From IMG/VR virus record IMGVR_UViG_3300028393_000019, positions 124,001 through 188,000 of that record: DNA of 64,000 bases; one strand, 5' to 3'. The notes beneath the pieces are model-generated. The model saw only the letters and a list, made by a program, of their open reading frames with translations. It did no database searches and was not told the origin of the DNA. Below are positions 29,370 through 39,956 of the stretch, piece by piece; positions within the stretch are counted from its first letter, which is position 1, and every line of letters begins with the position of its first letter. Both the position numbers and the translations under genes were made by a program.

Positions 29370-29394
29370 CACACTGATCTAAATCTGTTATAAT
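29366..29394 (+). promoter_or_regulatory. sigma70-type promoter
   Basis: TTGACA-17-TATAAT; ATG 5 nt downstream. Confidence 0.8.
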
Positions 29395-29399
29395 AAGGT

Positions 29400-29981
29400 A
29401 TGCTTACTGACATTATGATAGATTTGGAGACTCTAAATACAACTCCAGACGCAACCATCCTAACTATAGGTGCTGTTAAATTTGATCCGTTTGGATTAGA
29501 ATTAAAAGAACCTGCAATGAAAAGCTTCTACTGTAAAGTAGATGTTGATTCGTGTGATAGGATCGGTCTTACCACTAGCGATGACACAATAGAATGGTGG
29601 GCAAGTCAAAGCAAGGAAGCCCAAGAAGCGGCTTTTGATCCCGAAGGAAGAATTGATATTGAAGAAGCGTTTGCGCAACTGTATAAATTCTGTTGGGGCG
29701 CAAAACGTGTATGGTCAAACGGTTCATGTTTTGATATTGTGATCTGCGAACATGTGTTCCGTAAAATCAATCGAGCTTGCCCATGGAAGTTTTGGGAAGT
29801 ACGTGATGTACGCACTGCTTTTGATCTAGGCATCAATCCTCAGCGTCCTCCTATTACAGCTCACCATGCGCTAGAAGATGCATGGAATCAAGCAGTGGGT
29901 ATTCAGAATGTCTACAATACTCTACGCACTTCGACTACATATGAAGGTAAGATGCTACAACCGTTTATTAATCAGAGGTAA
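29400..29981 (+). CDS. DEDD 3'-5' exonuclease
   Basis: MIDLET, WSNG..FD, RDVRT, HHALEDA. Confidence 0.88.
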   Translation: MLTDIMIDLETLNTTPDATILTIGAVKFDPFGLELKEPAMKSFYCKVDVDSCDRIGLTTSDDTIEWWASQSKEAQEAAFDPEGRIDIEEAFAQLYKFCWGAKRVWSNGSCFDIVICEHVFRKINRACPWKFWEVRDVRTAFDLGINPQRPPITAHHALEDAWNQAVGIQNVYNTLRTSTTYEGKMLQPFINQR

Positions 29982-29983
29982 AA

Positions 29984-30265
29984 ATGGACAGTCAAACTAA
30001 AGAAGTAATGGACATTCTACAAGAAGAATGTGCCGAGGTAATACAAGCGGTTAGTAAAATCAGCCGTTTTGGGCTCGATAATCTCAAGCCAGGAAAACCT
30101 AAAACCAACAGGGAACACTTGGAAGAAGAACTAGGCGATTTACAAGCAATGGTAGATATTCTACAAGAGCTTGACATTGTTAGCTTTGCCAACATTGAAA
30201 AAGCCGCAGAGGCTAAACGAGAAAAACTTAAAATTTGGTCAAATATTTTCAAGGAAAAAGTCTGA
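29984..30265 (+). CDS. MazG-like NTP pyrophosphohydrolase
   Basis: LQEECAEVIQA ... LEEELGDL. Confidence 0.8.
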   Translation: MDSQTKEVMDILQEECAEVIQAVSKISRFGLDNLKPGKPKTNREHLEEELGDLQAMVDILQELDIVSFANIEKAAEAKREKLKIWSNIFKEKV

Positions 30266-30333
30266 CTGAGATAAATATTTACGTGCTAAAATGCCGTAAG
30301 GGTTTAAGTACACGGACATAGAGTCCAAATTTA

Positions 30334-30351
30334 CTTGCTTAATTAAAGGAG
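30334..30351 (+). promoter_or_regulatory. ROSE-like RBS hairpin upstream of dnaK
   Basis: CTTGCTT-AATTA-AAGGAG. Confidence 0.55.
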
Positions 30352-30357
30352 AAAATT

Positions 30358-32271
30358 ATGAGCAAAATCATCGGTATCGATTTAGGTACAACAAATAGCT
30401 GTGTGGCAATCCTGGAAAACGGAGTTGCCAAAGTAATTGAAAACAGCGAAGGTGCGAGAACAACACCATCAATCATTGCATATACCAAGGACGAGATCCT
30501 AGTAGGTGCAACAGCAAAACGACAAGCAGTCACAAACCCAAAGAATACAATCTACGCCAGCAAGCGCCTTATTGGTCGCAAGTTTGACGAGAAAGAAGTA
30601 CAAAAAGACATCGACTTGATGCCTTATTCAATTATCAAAGCTGACAACGGTGACGCTTGGATTGAAGCCAACGGCGAGAAACTTGCTCCACAGCAGGTGT
30701 CAGCTGAAGTGCTACGTAAAATGAAAAAGACAGCAGAAGACTATCTGGGTAAAGAAGTTACACAGGCAGTTATCACTGTGCCTGCTTACTTCAACGACAG
30801 CCAACGTCAAGCAACCAAAGACGCAGGACGTATCGCTGGACTAGAAGTTCTACGTATCATCAATGAGCCAACAGCGGCCGCATTGGCATATGGTGTAGAC
30901 AAGCAAGACAAGAAAGATCGTAAGATCGCTGTGTATGACTTGGGTGGTGGTACATTTGACATCTCCATTATTGAAATTGCCAACATTGACGGCGACAAGC
31001 AAATTGAAGTGTTGAGTACAAACGGTGACACATTCCTAGGTGGTGAAGACTTTGACCAAGTTCTTATGGATCATTTGGTAGCAGAGTTTAAGAAAGACAA
31101 TGGTATTGACCTAAAGCAAGACGTGCTGGCTTTACAGCGTTTGAAAGAGTCTGCTGAAAAGGCCAAGATTGAATTGTCTAGTGCCGCAAGTACAACTGTT
31201 AACTTGCCATACATCACAGCAGATGCCAGTGGTCCAAAGCACATGAATGTGACTATCAGCCGTGCCAAGTTTGAGCAAATGGTTGAGAAACTGATCGAGC
31301 GTTCAATTGAGCCATGTAAGATTGCTATGAATGATGCCAAAGTTACAGCCGTAGATATCGACGAAGTTATCCTAGTTGGCGGCCAAACACGTATGCCCAA
31401 AGTGCAAGAAGCAGTTGAGAAACTGTTTGGCAAGGCACCACGCAAAGATGTCAACCCAGACGAAGCAGTGGCCGCAGGTGCCGCAGTACAAGGCGCTGTT
31501 CTAGCAGGCGACAAGACAGACGTGCTGTTGTTGGACGTGACTCCATTGACATTGGGTATTGAAACAATGGGCGGAGTGTTTACCAAGCTGATCAGCAAAA
31601 ATACAACTATACCAACCAAACACTCACAAACATTCTCAACAGCAGAAGACAATCAACCAGCTGTGACAATCAAAGTTGCACAGGGCGAGCGTGAGTTGTT
31701 TAAGTATAATAAGATGCTAGGTGAGTTCAATCTAGAGGGTATTGACCCTGCACCACGCGGTATGCCACAGATTGAAGTCACACTAGATTTAGATGCAAAC
31801 GGTATCTTGAATGTAAGTGCCAAAAATAAAACCACTGGCAAAGAAAACAAGATAACTATCAAGTCTGATTCCGGACTAACTGAAGCTGAAATCCAACGTA
31901 TGGTTCGTGAAGCTGAAGAAAATGCCGAATCAGACAAGAAGGCAGCAGAATTGATCGGAGCACGTAATCAAGCTGAAGGTACTACACACAGTATCAAGAA
32001 AGACTATGAAACGTATAAAGATCAATTGACTGAGGAAGAAAGAACCAAATTTGACGAAGCAGTAAAAGCAGTGGAAACTGCTTGTGCTGGTGAAGACAAA
32101 GAGGCGATTGACAAATCAGTACAGACTTTCTTTGAAGCCGCTGGTCCGGTTATGACTAAAAAACAAGCCGCTGAATCAACGACAGACGAAACCCCAGCTC
32201 AAAGCCAATCAGCTCAAGAGCAAACGGTTGATGCTAGCTTCACAGAAGTTGACAAAGAAGAAAAGAAGTAA
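30358..32271 (+). CDS. dnaK: molecular chaperone DnaK
   Basis: [27 protein letters not shown]. Confidence 0.98.
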   Translation: MSKIIGIDLGTTNSCVAILENGVAKVIENSEGARTTPSIIAYTKDEILVGATAKRQAVTNPKNTIYASKRLIGRKFDEKEVQKDIDLMPYSIIKADNGDAWIEANGEKLAPQQVSAEVLRKMKKTAEDYLGKEVTQAVITVPAYFNDSQRQATKDAGRIAGLEVLRIINEPTAAALAYGVDKQDKKDRKIAVYDLGGGTFDISIIEIANIDGDKQIEVLSTNGDTFLGGEDFDQVLMDHLVAEFKKDNGIDLKQDVLALQRLKESAEKAKIELSSAASTTVNLPYITADASGPKHMNVTISRAKFEQMVEKLIERSIEPCKIAMNDAKVTAVDIDEVILVGGQTRMPKVQEAVEKLFGKAPRKDVNPDEAVAAGAAVQGAVLAGDKTDVLLLDVTPLTLGIETMGGVFTKLISKNTTIPTKHSQTFSTAEDNQPAVTIKVAQGERELFKYNKMLGEFNLEGIDPAPRGMPQIEVTLDLDANGILNVSAKNKTTGKENKITIKSDSGLTEAEIQRMVREAEENAESDKKAAELIGARNQAEGTTHSIKKDYETYKDQLTEEERTKFDEAVKAVETACAGEDKEAIDKSVQTFFEAAGPVMTKKQAAESTTDETPAQSQSAQEQTVDASFTEVDKEEKK

Positions 32272-32277
32272 TATAAT
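32249..32277 (+). promoter_or_regulatory. sigma70-type promoter for hsp20
   Basis: TTGACA-17-TATAAT. Confidence 0.75.
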
Positions 32278-32283
32278 GTAATT

Positions 32284-32329
32284 GTAGGACGCCTTCGGGG
32301 TCCTACACATTCTTGCTTAATATAAGGAG
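32284..32329 (+). promoter_or_regulatory. ROSE-like 5' UTR of hsp20
   Basis: GTAGGAC...GTCCTAC hairpin followed by CTTGCTT-AATAT-AAGGAG. Confidence 0.6.
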
Positions 32330-32336
32330 ATTAAAA

Positions 32337-32768
32337 ATGGCAACAATGCAATTAAAAGCGGTGAGTCCAGCAGACTTCGCCAATCTAAGTAGAGCCTTAA
32401 TTGGCTTTGATCAAATCTTTAACCAAAGATTGCAACAAGCAAACAGTAACTATCCTCCACACAACATTGTGAAGTATAGTGACAGTGAATATGCTATTGA
32501 AGTAGCAGTGGCAGGTTTCAGCAAAGAAGAAATCACAGTAGAAGTTGACCAGGATCAATTGATTGTTCGTGGTGTTCAGGGTGAAGTAGTAACCGAAGGT
32601 AAGGAATACTTACATCGCGGACTAGCTAGCCGAAACTTCGAACAGACATGGACACTGGCTGAATACATGGAAGTTAAAGATGCCGAAGTCAAAGACGGTA
32701 TGTTGGTCATTCAAATTGACCGCATCATGCCAGAAGCACTGAAGCCTCGACAAATTGTAATTAAATAA
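32337..32768 (+). CDS. ibpA: small heat shock protein (IbpA/Hsp20)
   Basis: IGFD, YPPHNI, AVAGF, YLHRGLA.R.F, DGML. Confidence 0.92.
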   Translation: MATMQLKAVSPADFANLSRALIGFDQIFNQRLQQANSNYPPHNIVKYSDSEYAIEVAVAGFSKEEITVEVDQDQLIVRGVQGEVVTEGKEYLHRGLASRNFEQTWTLAEYMEVKDAEVKDGMLVIQIDRIMPEALKPRQIVIK

Positions 32769-32811
32769 TCAACGGGGGAGGAAACTCCCCCTCTTAATAG
32801 AAAGAGCTAGA

Positions 32812-33114
32812 ATGTCAAATACAGATGTAATGATCGATGAGAAGATCAAGATACGTGCTACCGAACCCCGACGTTGGAAAGTCATCTTGTTAAATGACGA
32901 TTCTACTCCTATGGAGTTTGTTATTGTTCTACTAGTAGATATATTCAAGCATACAGTTGACAGTGCCAAAGATGTCATGCTCCAAGTACACGAAACTGGC
33001 TCCGGCGTAGCTGGAATCTATAGTTTTGAAATAGCAGAAGCCAAAGCAGTTGAAGCTACCAATCAAAGTAGACAAGACGGCCATCCTCTGCAGATAAAGC
33101 TGGAGGAAGAATGA
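32812..33114 (+). CDS. clpS: Clp protease adaptor ClpS
   Basis: KVILLNDDSTPMEFV, MLQVHETG, HPL. Confidence 0.93.
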   Translation: MSNTDVMIDEKIKIRATEPRRWKVILLNDDSTPMEFVIVLLVDIFKHTVDSAKDVMLQVHETGSGVAGIYSFEIAEAKAVEATNQSRQDGHPLQIKLEEE

Positions 33115-33668
33115 GCCTTAGAGAATTGACCAAAGACGCACATACTAATGCAGAGCGTCAAGAATTTGTTAAAATACTGTTCAGTGGCAATATCAATCCC
33201 AAACTGTATGCAGTATTTTTAAAAAATCAACATCCGCAGTATGAAATAGTAGAAGTGTGTGCCATGATGCATCCTGGACTGCTGTCCGGCATGCCCGATG
33301 TTCGTCGTGCCCCCCATATTCTAGCAGACTATGAGGAACTGTGGGATGATGAAACAGACGGTAAACCGCACATTTTAAAAACCACAGATAACTATTGTAA
33401 ACATATCTTGAGTATCAAGGATGATCCTAAAAAACTGATGGCACATATATATGTGCGCCATATGGGAGATCTAGCAGGCGGGCAGATGATAGCTAAGAAA
33501 GTTCCAGGTGCTGGTCGAATGTATCAATTTGAAGATCCTGAAAAACTCAAAACAATGATACGTGAAAAAATCAGTGACGATATGGCTGACGAAGCTAAAC
33601 TGTGTTTTGACTTTGCTACAGAGACATTTAAAGAAATGTTGGAATTAGTCGAATACAAAGATGAGTAA
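33111..33668 (+). CDS. biliverdin-producing heme oxygenase
   Basis: LRELTKDAH..AE proximal His; AHIYVRHMGDLAGGQMI. Confidence 0.92.
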   Translation: MSLRELTKDAHTNAERQEFVKILFSGNINPKLYAVFLKNQHPQYEIVEVCAMMHPGLLSGMPDVRRAPHILADYEELWDDETDGKPHILKTTDNYCKHILSIKDDPKKLMAHIYVRHMGDLAGGQMIAKKVPGAGRMYQFEDPEKLKTMIREKISDDMADEAKLCFDFATETFKEMLELVEYKDE

Positions 33669-34341
33669 AGTTTGGGATACACTAATAGATATCCAACAAC
33701 TTTTAGAGGATAATTTTGAGCGCACTGGCACTGAAGTTTTCGAGCCTGGAATGGATCGTTTTAACCAACCTGGCTGGGTTAATAGGGTATGGACTAGTGA
33801 TCTCTATCGCCGTGCTCACGTTGATGTGGTTGACGCGAGAGATACTAAAGGCCTTTGGATGATGCACTGTTGCATCTTTCCACATACACATAATCCTGCT
33901 CCAATTTACGGCTTTGATGTCATAGCTGGCAAGAACAAGATAACTGGCTGTTTTCATGATTACTCTAAAGCAGGCGATGCTGACCATCCAATGATGCAAT
34001 GGTTTGCAGGAGAAGTAGCCAAACTGGAATGGCGCAAAGAACGTGCTTTACCTGAATGGGCTACTAATATATTCAGTAAAAGTATGGTAGCCGCGGGCAA
34101 TGTACAAGACGAAACAGAGCTAGAACAGATTACCGACCTAGCTAGAACTACAGTAGCACACTATCTGAGCACAGTAGCAGAAACTAACAATACTGCTGAA
34201 AACACTACAGAAGCACAAAATTACTATGCACAGAATCAAAAGTGTAACCCGCATACACCCCGTGTAATGGTCAGTTTAGGTCTAAGCGAAGAAGATGTTG
34301 AACATTTCATACAGGAATGCCTGTTCCCTGAAATAGTATAA
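33661..34341 (+). CDS. ferredoxin-dependent bilin reductase (PcyA/PcyX-like)
   Basis: MHCCIFP..PIYGFD, RALPEWA..IFS, QN.Y..NQK.NPHT; coupled to the heme oxygenase. Confidence 0.85.
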   Translation: MSKVWDTLIDIQQLLEDNFERTGTEVFEPGMDRFNQPGWVNRVWTSDLYRRAHVDVVDARDTKGLWMMHCCIFPHTHNPAPIYGFDVIAGKNKITGCFHDYSKAGDADHPMMQWFAGEVAKLEWRKERALPEWATNIFSKSMVAAGNVQDETELEQITDLARTTVAHYLSTVAETNNTAENTTEAQNYYAQNQKCNPHTPRVMVSLGLSEEDVEHFIQECLFPEIV

Positions 34342-34351
34342 ATATTACACT

Positions 34352-35911
34352 ATGCGTGTAATTGACATTTTAAACGAATCTACTGATATTAATTCTGATT
34401 TGCAATCTATTATTCATTCTGTTGAAGATAATCCCGAAATAGCTCGTGAAGTTCTTCAGACGATTACTGATATGACAGATCAAATTGAGCAAGTCTTACA
34501 GACTGAACCAACGCCTGCAGTTAATCCCCAACTGCAACCCCAGCCCCAACAACAACCTGAACAAGAACTAGAACCTGAACTAGATCAAGAATATGATGAT
34601 GCAACAGACTCGTATCCAGGACAACCAAACGGCCCAGAACAACACCCAGAGCAACCTTTGTATGAAAATGACGATACTGCTATCTTAACACTTGAACAGG
34701 AATTAAACAAATTCAAAAAATACCATGACCTGCTGATTGCTCAAGGGTTGATTGATGACGCTAATGAATTTGCATCGGCCATAGCTAATTTAAAAAATGA
34801 AATAGACAGCAGAACAAATCCGGATGTTACTCGAGACGAAGTAGAAAAAAATATTACTGCTAGAGTAAAAAAACTTTCGCAACTGACCGATCTAAAGGTA
34901 AAAAAAGCTGTAGGTTCGGCATTGGCAACTGCATGGTTTAACGGTAAGGAACGTGGAATAGGCCATCAACTAATTTATCAATTTCTAGATGATTGTGCAG
35001 ATGACAGTACCAAGCCAATTGATTTACCTACTATAGTTGCCAATGGCGGCGATGGTACGTTGGTTCCTTCAAGCAGTCCATATTTTAATTTATTAATCGA
35101 TCTTGGTAAAATAAATCCCGGATCAGGAAACTCCGCATCTGGTCAAGGTGAATGGATGCTGGTGCTAGCGGGTAAAAATACTGAAAAGATCCATCCGGGA
35201 GACATTGGGATAGTAAGACCAGATGGACCATCTCTCAAAATCGAAGTAAAAGCATCTGATAGTCCTAAAGAAGATTATGCACAAAAAGGCGGTACAGGAG
35301 TTAGTGATTTTGTACTCAGTTGTGGGAAACTTGATGTACGCAAAGCAAAAGAGATAATGGAGTTCTGGACCAATGAGGTATTAGGACAGAGTCATGTAGT
35401 TCCTGCACTGGGCGATAAGAATATTTCAGCTCTTAATGAAACAGTCTTTATGCCAATGAATGCGAAAAGGGCTGGTAGTGTACAAAAAATGTTCAAAGAA
35501 ATGTATCTAGCTGTTGCACCAGAGCCCAGTATGCTTCAGTATATCAATAACATTGTAGAATCTATTCCTAAAAATGGCAAAATTGATTACAAAACAACCA
35601 GCGCACATGTGGCAGTACTGGCGGCTGCGCATTATCAATTAATTAACAAACACCAATCATTATTACTGTTAAATATTCCAACACTAAGTTACTCTGTTGT
35701 CAACGATCCAGCTACTATGCAGGATCTAATAGCTAGCTTAGAAGAAAATATAACTATTTCGTCTATAATTGATTTTAGACCAAACCCTAGCGCATTGGCA
35801 ACATTTAAAAAAATAATAGCCAAAGTTCCAAAAAAGAAAAAAACTGAATCAATTTCTGAACACAGACAAGCTCTTGCAGAAGTTGACAGTCTTCTCCGCA
35901 AACTATTTTAA
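34352..35911 (+). CDS. putative head-packaged protein with a PD-(D/E)XK-like domain
   Basis: MRVIDILNE start; acidic Q/P/E linker; GQGE...GDI...IEVK motif. Confidence 0.55.
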   Translation: MRVIDILNESTDINSDLQSIIHSVEDNPEIAREVLQTITDMTDQIEQVLQTEPTPAVNPQLQPQPQQQPEQELEPELDQEYDDATDSYPGQPNGPEQHPEQPLYENDDTAILTLEQELNKFKKYHDLLIAQGLIDDANEFASAIANLKNEIDSRTNPDVTRDEVEKNITARVKKLSQLTDLKVKKAVGSALATAWFNGKERGIGHQLIYQFLDDCADDSTKPIDLPTIVANGGDGTLVPSSSPYFNLLIDLGKINPGSGNSASGQGEWMLVLAGKNTEKIHPGDIGIVRPDGPSLKIEVKASDSPKEDYAQKGGTGVSDFVLSCGKLDVRKAKEIMEFWTNEVLGQSHVVPALGDKNISALNETVFMPMNAKRAGSVQKMFKEMYLAVAPEPSMLQYINNIVESIPKNGKIDYKTTSAHVAVLAAAHYQLINKHQSLLLLNIPTLSYSVVNDPATMQDLIASLEENITISSIIDFRPNPSALATFKKIIAKVPKKKKTESISEHRQALAEVDSLLRKLF

Positions 35912-36000
35912 TATATTAGTAATCTGCGTATATAATACACTAGTATAATTCTCTGTTCTCACGGCTTAAATAATAATAAGACCTAGTGGGAGCGAAGACC

Positions 36001-36447
36001 ATGTCTAAATTGGCGATACTATTGCTATCCTTAATGCCTATTGTGTGTGTTTCTGCACCCATAGGCGACTATCAATTCAAAAGCCCTAGCTTTAACGGTG
36101 TAGGTTACAGTTCTCACGTGCTTACTATCGAAAATCAAGAATTCACTCGACAGGTACAAGTTAAGAAAGATATACAAGCCGCATTAGACAAAGCCAAAGC
36201 TGACGCGGCTAACACCAACATATCTAAGTTTCTAAACAACTTGGAAAGTCGTATCTATGCACAGATCAGTCAAAATTTAGCCACTGCCATGTTTGCCAAT
36301 GGCGGCACTAACAGCGGCACATTAAACTTTGAGGGTAATACTATATTCTGGTCAAAGGATGGCACGGCCGTAACAATGACAGTCACCGATGTCACTGGAA
36401 ATCAGACCACTGTAGTAATTCCTCTAAGTCAATTCCAATTCCAATAA
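36001..36447 (+). CDS. csgF: curli assembly protein CsgF-like
   Basis: Signal peptide followed by YQFKSPSFNG; directly upstream of csgG. Confidence 0.8.
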   Translation: MSKLAILLLSLMPIVCVSAPIGDYQFKSPSFNGVGYSSHVLTIENQEFTRQVQVKKDIQAALDKAKADAANTNISKFLNNLESRIYAQISQNLATAMFANGGTNSGTLNFEGNTIFWSKDGTAVTMTVTDVTGNQTTVVIPLSQFQFQ

Positions 36448-36448
36448 T

Positions 36449-37684
36449 ATGAAAAAGATTCTACTTGCACTTATTGTTGTGATGCTGAGTGGATGTGCAG
36501 TGATCCAAAGCACAGGGTTGACTGAAGTAGATCCCACATTGACAACTCAACGTGTTAATATCAAAAAAGAATTTGATAATATGCCTGCGCCAGCTAACGG
36601 CAAACCTGTCAGTGTTGCAGTTTATGGATTTACAGATAAAACAGGACAACGTAGACCACAACCAAATGTGGCCAGTTTGAGTACAGCAGTTACACAAGGC
36701 GCTGAAACATTCTTGATACAGGCCTTGCAAGGTGTTGGACAAGGTCGCTGGTTTGAAGTAGTGGAACGTGTGGGTATTGATAACCTCACTAAAGAACGTA
36801 CCATCATTAGACAGATGCGCGAAGCATACGAAGGTGCCAATGCCAAACCTTTGATGCCTATGCAATTTGCAGGTATAATCATGGAGGGCGGTATTGTAGG
36901 ATATGATGCTACATCTACCAGCGGCGGCGCTGGCATGCGTATATTTGGTATTGGCAAACAAACACAGTGGTCAACAGACACAGTGACCATTAGTTTACGT
37001 GCTGTCAGTGTCAATACAGGTAAGGTGTTAGCTGTGGTTACTGTACAAAAAACTATTTTATCAACAGCAGATAGTGCAACAGCATTGAAGTTCTTTGATC
37101 AGGGCACACAGGCATTTGAAGCAGAGATGGGTCTAACAATCAACGAGCCAGGAACCTATGCAGTCAAGGCCGCAACAGAGATGGCTGTAGTTGAGTTGAT
37201 CAAAGAAGGAGCAAGAAAAGGCATATGGGAATACAAGCCGGACACTCCGGTAGTTTTACCAGCACCTGTAGTTGAAAAGAAAGCTCCAGTAATCAGTAGC
37301 GAGATTAAGAAAGAAGTAGAGGAGAAGAAAGATGTCGTGGTTCAACCGCAGGCCGTGCCCGAAACAAAAACAGAAACCATACCCAGTGCCCCCGCAGAAG
37401 TAAAGGTTGAAGAAAAGAAAGCTGAAGTAAAGAAAGACAATGTCAAACCCAACGAAACAAAAATAGCACAAGATACTGCTAGATCGTTATTTGGCAAACG
37501 TAAATTGAAAGAAGATTCTTATTTGTATTCGGAGCAGGATTATACAAGCGTTAAGAAGTGGCAGTTCAAGAAAGGCACAGTGGTAGATGTAAGACAGCCT
37601 GGAAGTGAAGGCTGGTTTAGAGTAACAGACAGTGAATCAAGGGGCGGATGGATTCGTACAGAGCAGTTAGAGGAAGTAAAATAA
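36449..37684 (+). CDS. csgG: curli secretion channel CsgG with a C-terminal SH3-like extension
   Basis: LSGC lipobox; AVYGFTDKTGQR, STAVTQGA, WFEVVER.G..NL.KER.IIR. Confidence 0.92.
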   Translation: MKKILLALIVVMLSGCAVIQSTGLTEVDPTLTTQRVNIKKEFDNMPAPANGKPVSVAVYGFTDKTGQRRPQPNVASLSTAVTQGAETFLIQALQGVGQGRWFEVVERVGIDNLTKERTIIRQMREAYEGANAKPLMPMQFAGIIMEGGIVGYDATSTSGGAGMRIFGIGKQTQWSTDTVTISLRAVSVNTGKVLAVVTVQKTILSTADSATALKFFDQGTQAFEAEMGLTINEPGTYAVKAATEMAVVELIKEGARKGIWEYKPDTPVVLPAPVVEKKAPVISSEIKKEVEEKKDVVVQPQAVPETKTETIPSAPAEVKVEEKKAEVKKDNVKPNETKIAQDTARSLFGKRKLKEDSYLYSEQDYTSVKKWQFKKGTVVDVRQPGSEGWFRVTDSESRGGWIRTEQLEEVK

Positions 37685-37906
37685 GGTGTTGTTTTTTTAA
37701 CAGTGTTGATTTTTTTACACCTTAGATGTAACGAAAAAATAACAGCAGTACTAAATTAAAGTCAACAATGTAGTAAATATTTTACAAAGGAAAAAGATGT
37801 AGCGAGAACAGTAGTACTAAAGGAACAGAGTTCCAAGGAGCGATGAGGGGATAAACTAAGCGTTTGTAAACAGTTACAAACAAGGTGTTCCAACCCAAAT
37901 CAAGTA

Positions 37907-38830
37907 ATGATGATGAAAACATCAAGTTTAAAAGGCGCTGGTAAGTTGTCGCGAAAATTACTTACAATTCTTATGGTGTCTGCAATGCCACCATTGGGCT
38001 ATGCTGTTGACAACAGTATCTACATCGATCAGACGGGGAGTAATGCTGTGATTAATATTACTCAGGATGGTGCAGGTAATACAGTTAAAGCATTGACAAG
38101 CAACAGAACAGATGCGGCTATAATTAATGCCGATGGTGCTAATATTGCAATAACACAAGTTGGATCGGGCAACACAGTATCGTTAGGAGTATCGGCATCA
38201 GTAACAAGTGGTATATCTACCGATATTACATATTCTACAGGTACCAGTGGAGTAACCGGATCAACAGCCATATTCAATGTTAATGCAGGTGGTACTCAAT
38301 CAAATGCAAGCAAGACCAGTATTAATGTGTTACAAACTGGCAACAGCTCTAAATTTGAAGCCGATGTCACAGGTACGGGCAATAGTATAAGTGCTACCAC
38401 AGCAGGACCAAGTGACGATGTGTATTCTAAAATGCGTGGAAGCAGTAACACAGCCAATGTCAGTTTTAGCGGTACCGGCGGCTCAAACCAAGCAGTACTT
38501 GATCAATCAGGTAGCGGCAGTAATGCCATTGGAATCAATGCAAGTAGTACAGGTAACTATTTTGGTGTAACACAAGTTGGTAGTTTGAATACTGTTACAG
38601 TTGGCGGATACACATCCGGTGCGTTAGCAGGCGATGACAACACTGTGTTAATTCAACAAAATGGTACAAGTAACTTGGCTAATTTAGGAATTACAGGTGC
38701 TAGTAATAGTGTTAATATTAACCAAGGCGGCACCGGCCAAGATGCTAATGTAAAAATTAGCGGCGCAAGTAACACTGTTAACATTAGTCAAGGCGCTGGC
38801 AGTAATTTGTTAACTCCGCTATCTCGTTAA
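37907..38830 (+). CDS. secreted curlin-repeat-like protein
   Basis: Signal peptide; repeated I.Q.G..N units. Confidence 0.75.
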   Translation: MMMKTSSLKGAGKLSRKLLTILMVSAMPPLGYAVDNSIYIDQTGSNAVINITQDGAGNTVKALTSNRTDAAIINADGANIAITQVGSGNTVSLGVSASVTSGISTDITYSTGTSGVTGSTAIFNVNAGGTQSNASKTSINVLQTGNSSKFEADVTGTGNSISATTAGPSDDVYSKMRGSSNTANVSFSGTGGSNQAVLDQSGSGSNAIGINASSTGNYFGVTQVGSLNTVTVGGYTSGALAGDDNTVLIQQNGTSNLANLGITGASNSVNINQGGTGQDANVKISGASNTVNISQGAGSNLLTPLSR

Positions 38831-38831
38831 C

Positions 38832-39956
38832 ATGGTTAAATTTTTAATAGGCGTTGTAGCTCTGTTAGCAATCTCACAGAGCTACGCGGCTATTGGCACC
38901 ATAACTGAACAAGTGAACGCGGCACCAACAGTAACACGCAAAACTCAAAATATAGTTGGAACCAAAGGCACTGGTATGGAGATGAACGATACTGTTCGCA
39001 CAACTCAGGGCAAGGTTGGGATAACATTCGAAGATCAGACCAAAGTACAAGTAAATGAAAACAGCAAACTAGTCATTGATGACTTTGTATACGATGCCAA
39101 GAAAGGCGCAGGTAAACTATCTCTTAATATGGCGTTGGGCACTGTGCGCTATGCATCAGGACAGATAGCCAAAAATAATCCGCAGAATGTGGGTATCACT
39201 ACACCAAGTGCCACTGTCAGTGTGCGTGGTACAGACTTTACTGCTACAGTAGATGAACTGGGTCGTAGTACATTTATTCTATTACCCAGCTGTCCCAGTG
39301 ATAGACTAACTCGTACTGTTAGCGATATTGAAACAAACTGCAAAGTTGGAGAGATTATTGTTGAAAGTGATGCTGGCCAAGTCGTATTAAATCAGGCGTT
39401 TCAAGCTACTAGAGTAGATAATAGAGGCACACCTCCTAGCCCGCCTGTCATATTAAAACTTAGCGAAGGTGCCATCAACAACATGATGATTGTTGCTCCT
39501 CCTAAAGAATTAAATCAAGATCAGCAAAAAACTAACACAAAATTTGAAATGAAAAATGCATTAGACATGAATTTTCTCAAAGAACAAGGGCTTGCTAATG
39601 TGTTGGATCAGCAACAGCAAGAAGTATACCAAGACAAACTAGCACGTAATTTCCTTGATCAGAACTTTCTTGCAAATATACTAGACATTATCGATAGTAT
39701 GATGAAGGCACAGATGAATTTATTAAATACTACAAGTAATAGATTACTTCCAGATTACAATGCTCTAACCGGGATTGTGGTAGACATACAAGAACCCAAG
39801 ATCACACTGAGCAGGGATGATGGCAGTAATGTGATGAGTGTAACTACTCCTACAAGTCAAAATACCACGATCTACATGACACAAGGTGCCATGGATACTA
39901 TTAAGAATAGAGTTAATAGCGGAGGCAGCACAGTTATAACGCTGATACAGAGATGA
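38832..39956 (+). CDS. FecR-domain periplasmic protein
   Basis: D.VRT...I.F.D.T...V.ENS and TPSATVSVRGTDF motifs. Confidence 0.85.
   Translation: MVKFLIGVVALLAISQSYAAIGTITEQVNAAPTVTRKTQNIVGTKGTGMEMNDTVRTTQGKVGITFEDQTKVQVNENSKLVIDDFVYDAKKGAGKLSLNMALGTVRYASGQIAKNNPQNVGITTPSATVSVRGTDFTATVDELGRSTFILLPSCPSDRLTRTVSDIETNCKVGEIIVESDAGQVVLNQAFQATRVDNRGTPPSPPVILKLSEGAINNMMIVAPPKELNQDQQKTNTKFEMKNALDMNFLKEQGLANVLDQQQQEVYQDKLARNFLDQNFLANILDIIDSMMKAQMNLLNTTSNRLLPDYNALTGIVVDIQEPKITLSRDDGSNVMSVTTPTSQNTTIYMTQGAMDTIKNRVNSGGSTVITLIQR

Noticed and set aside
31071-31937. Long antisense ORFs in dnaK and other conserved genes (e.g. 8023, 36461, 46513)
   Set aside because: They are expected antisense shadows of codon bias and have no independent signals.
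32774-32791. Terminator after hsp20
   Set aside because: The GC hairpin is strong but has no U-tract; it is more likely a stability or processing hairpin.
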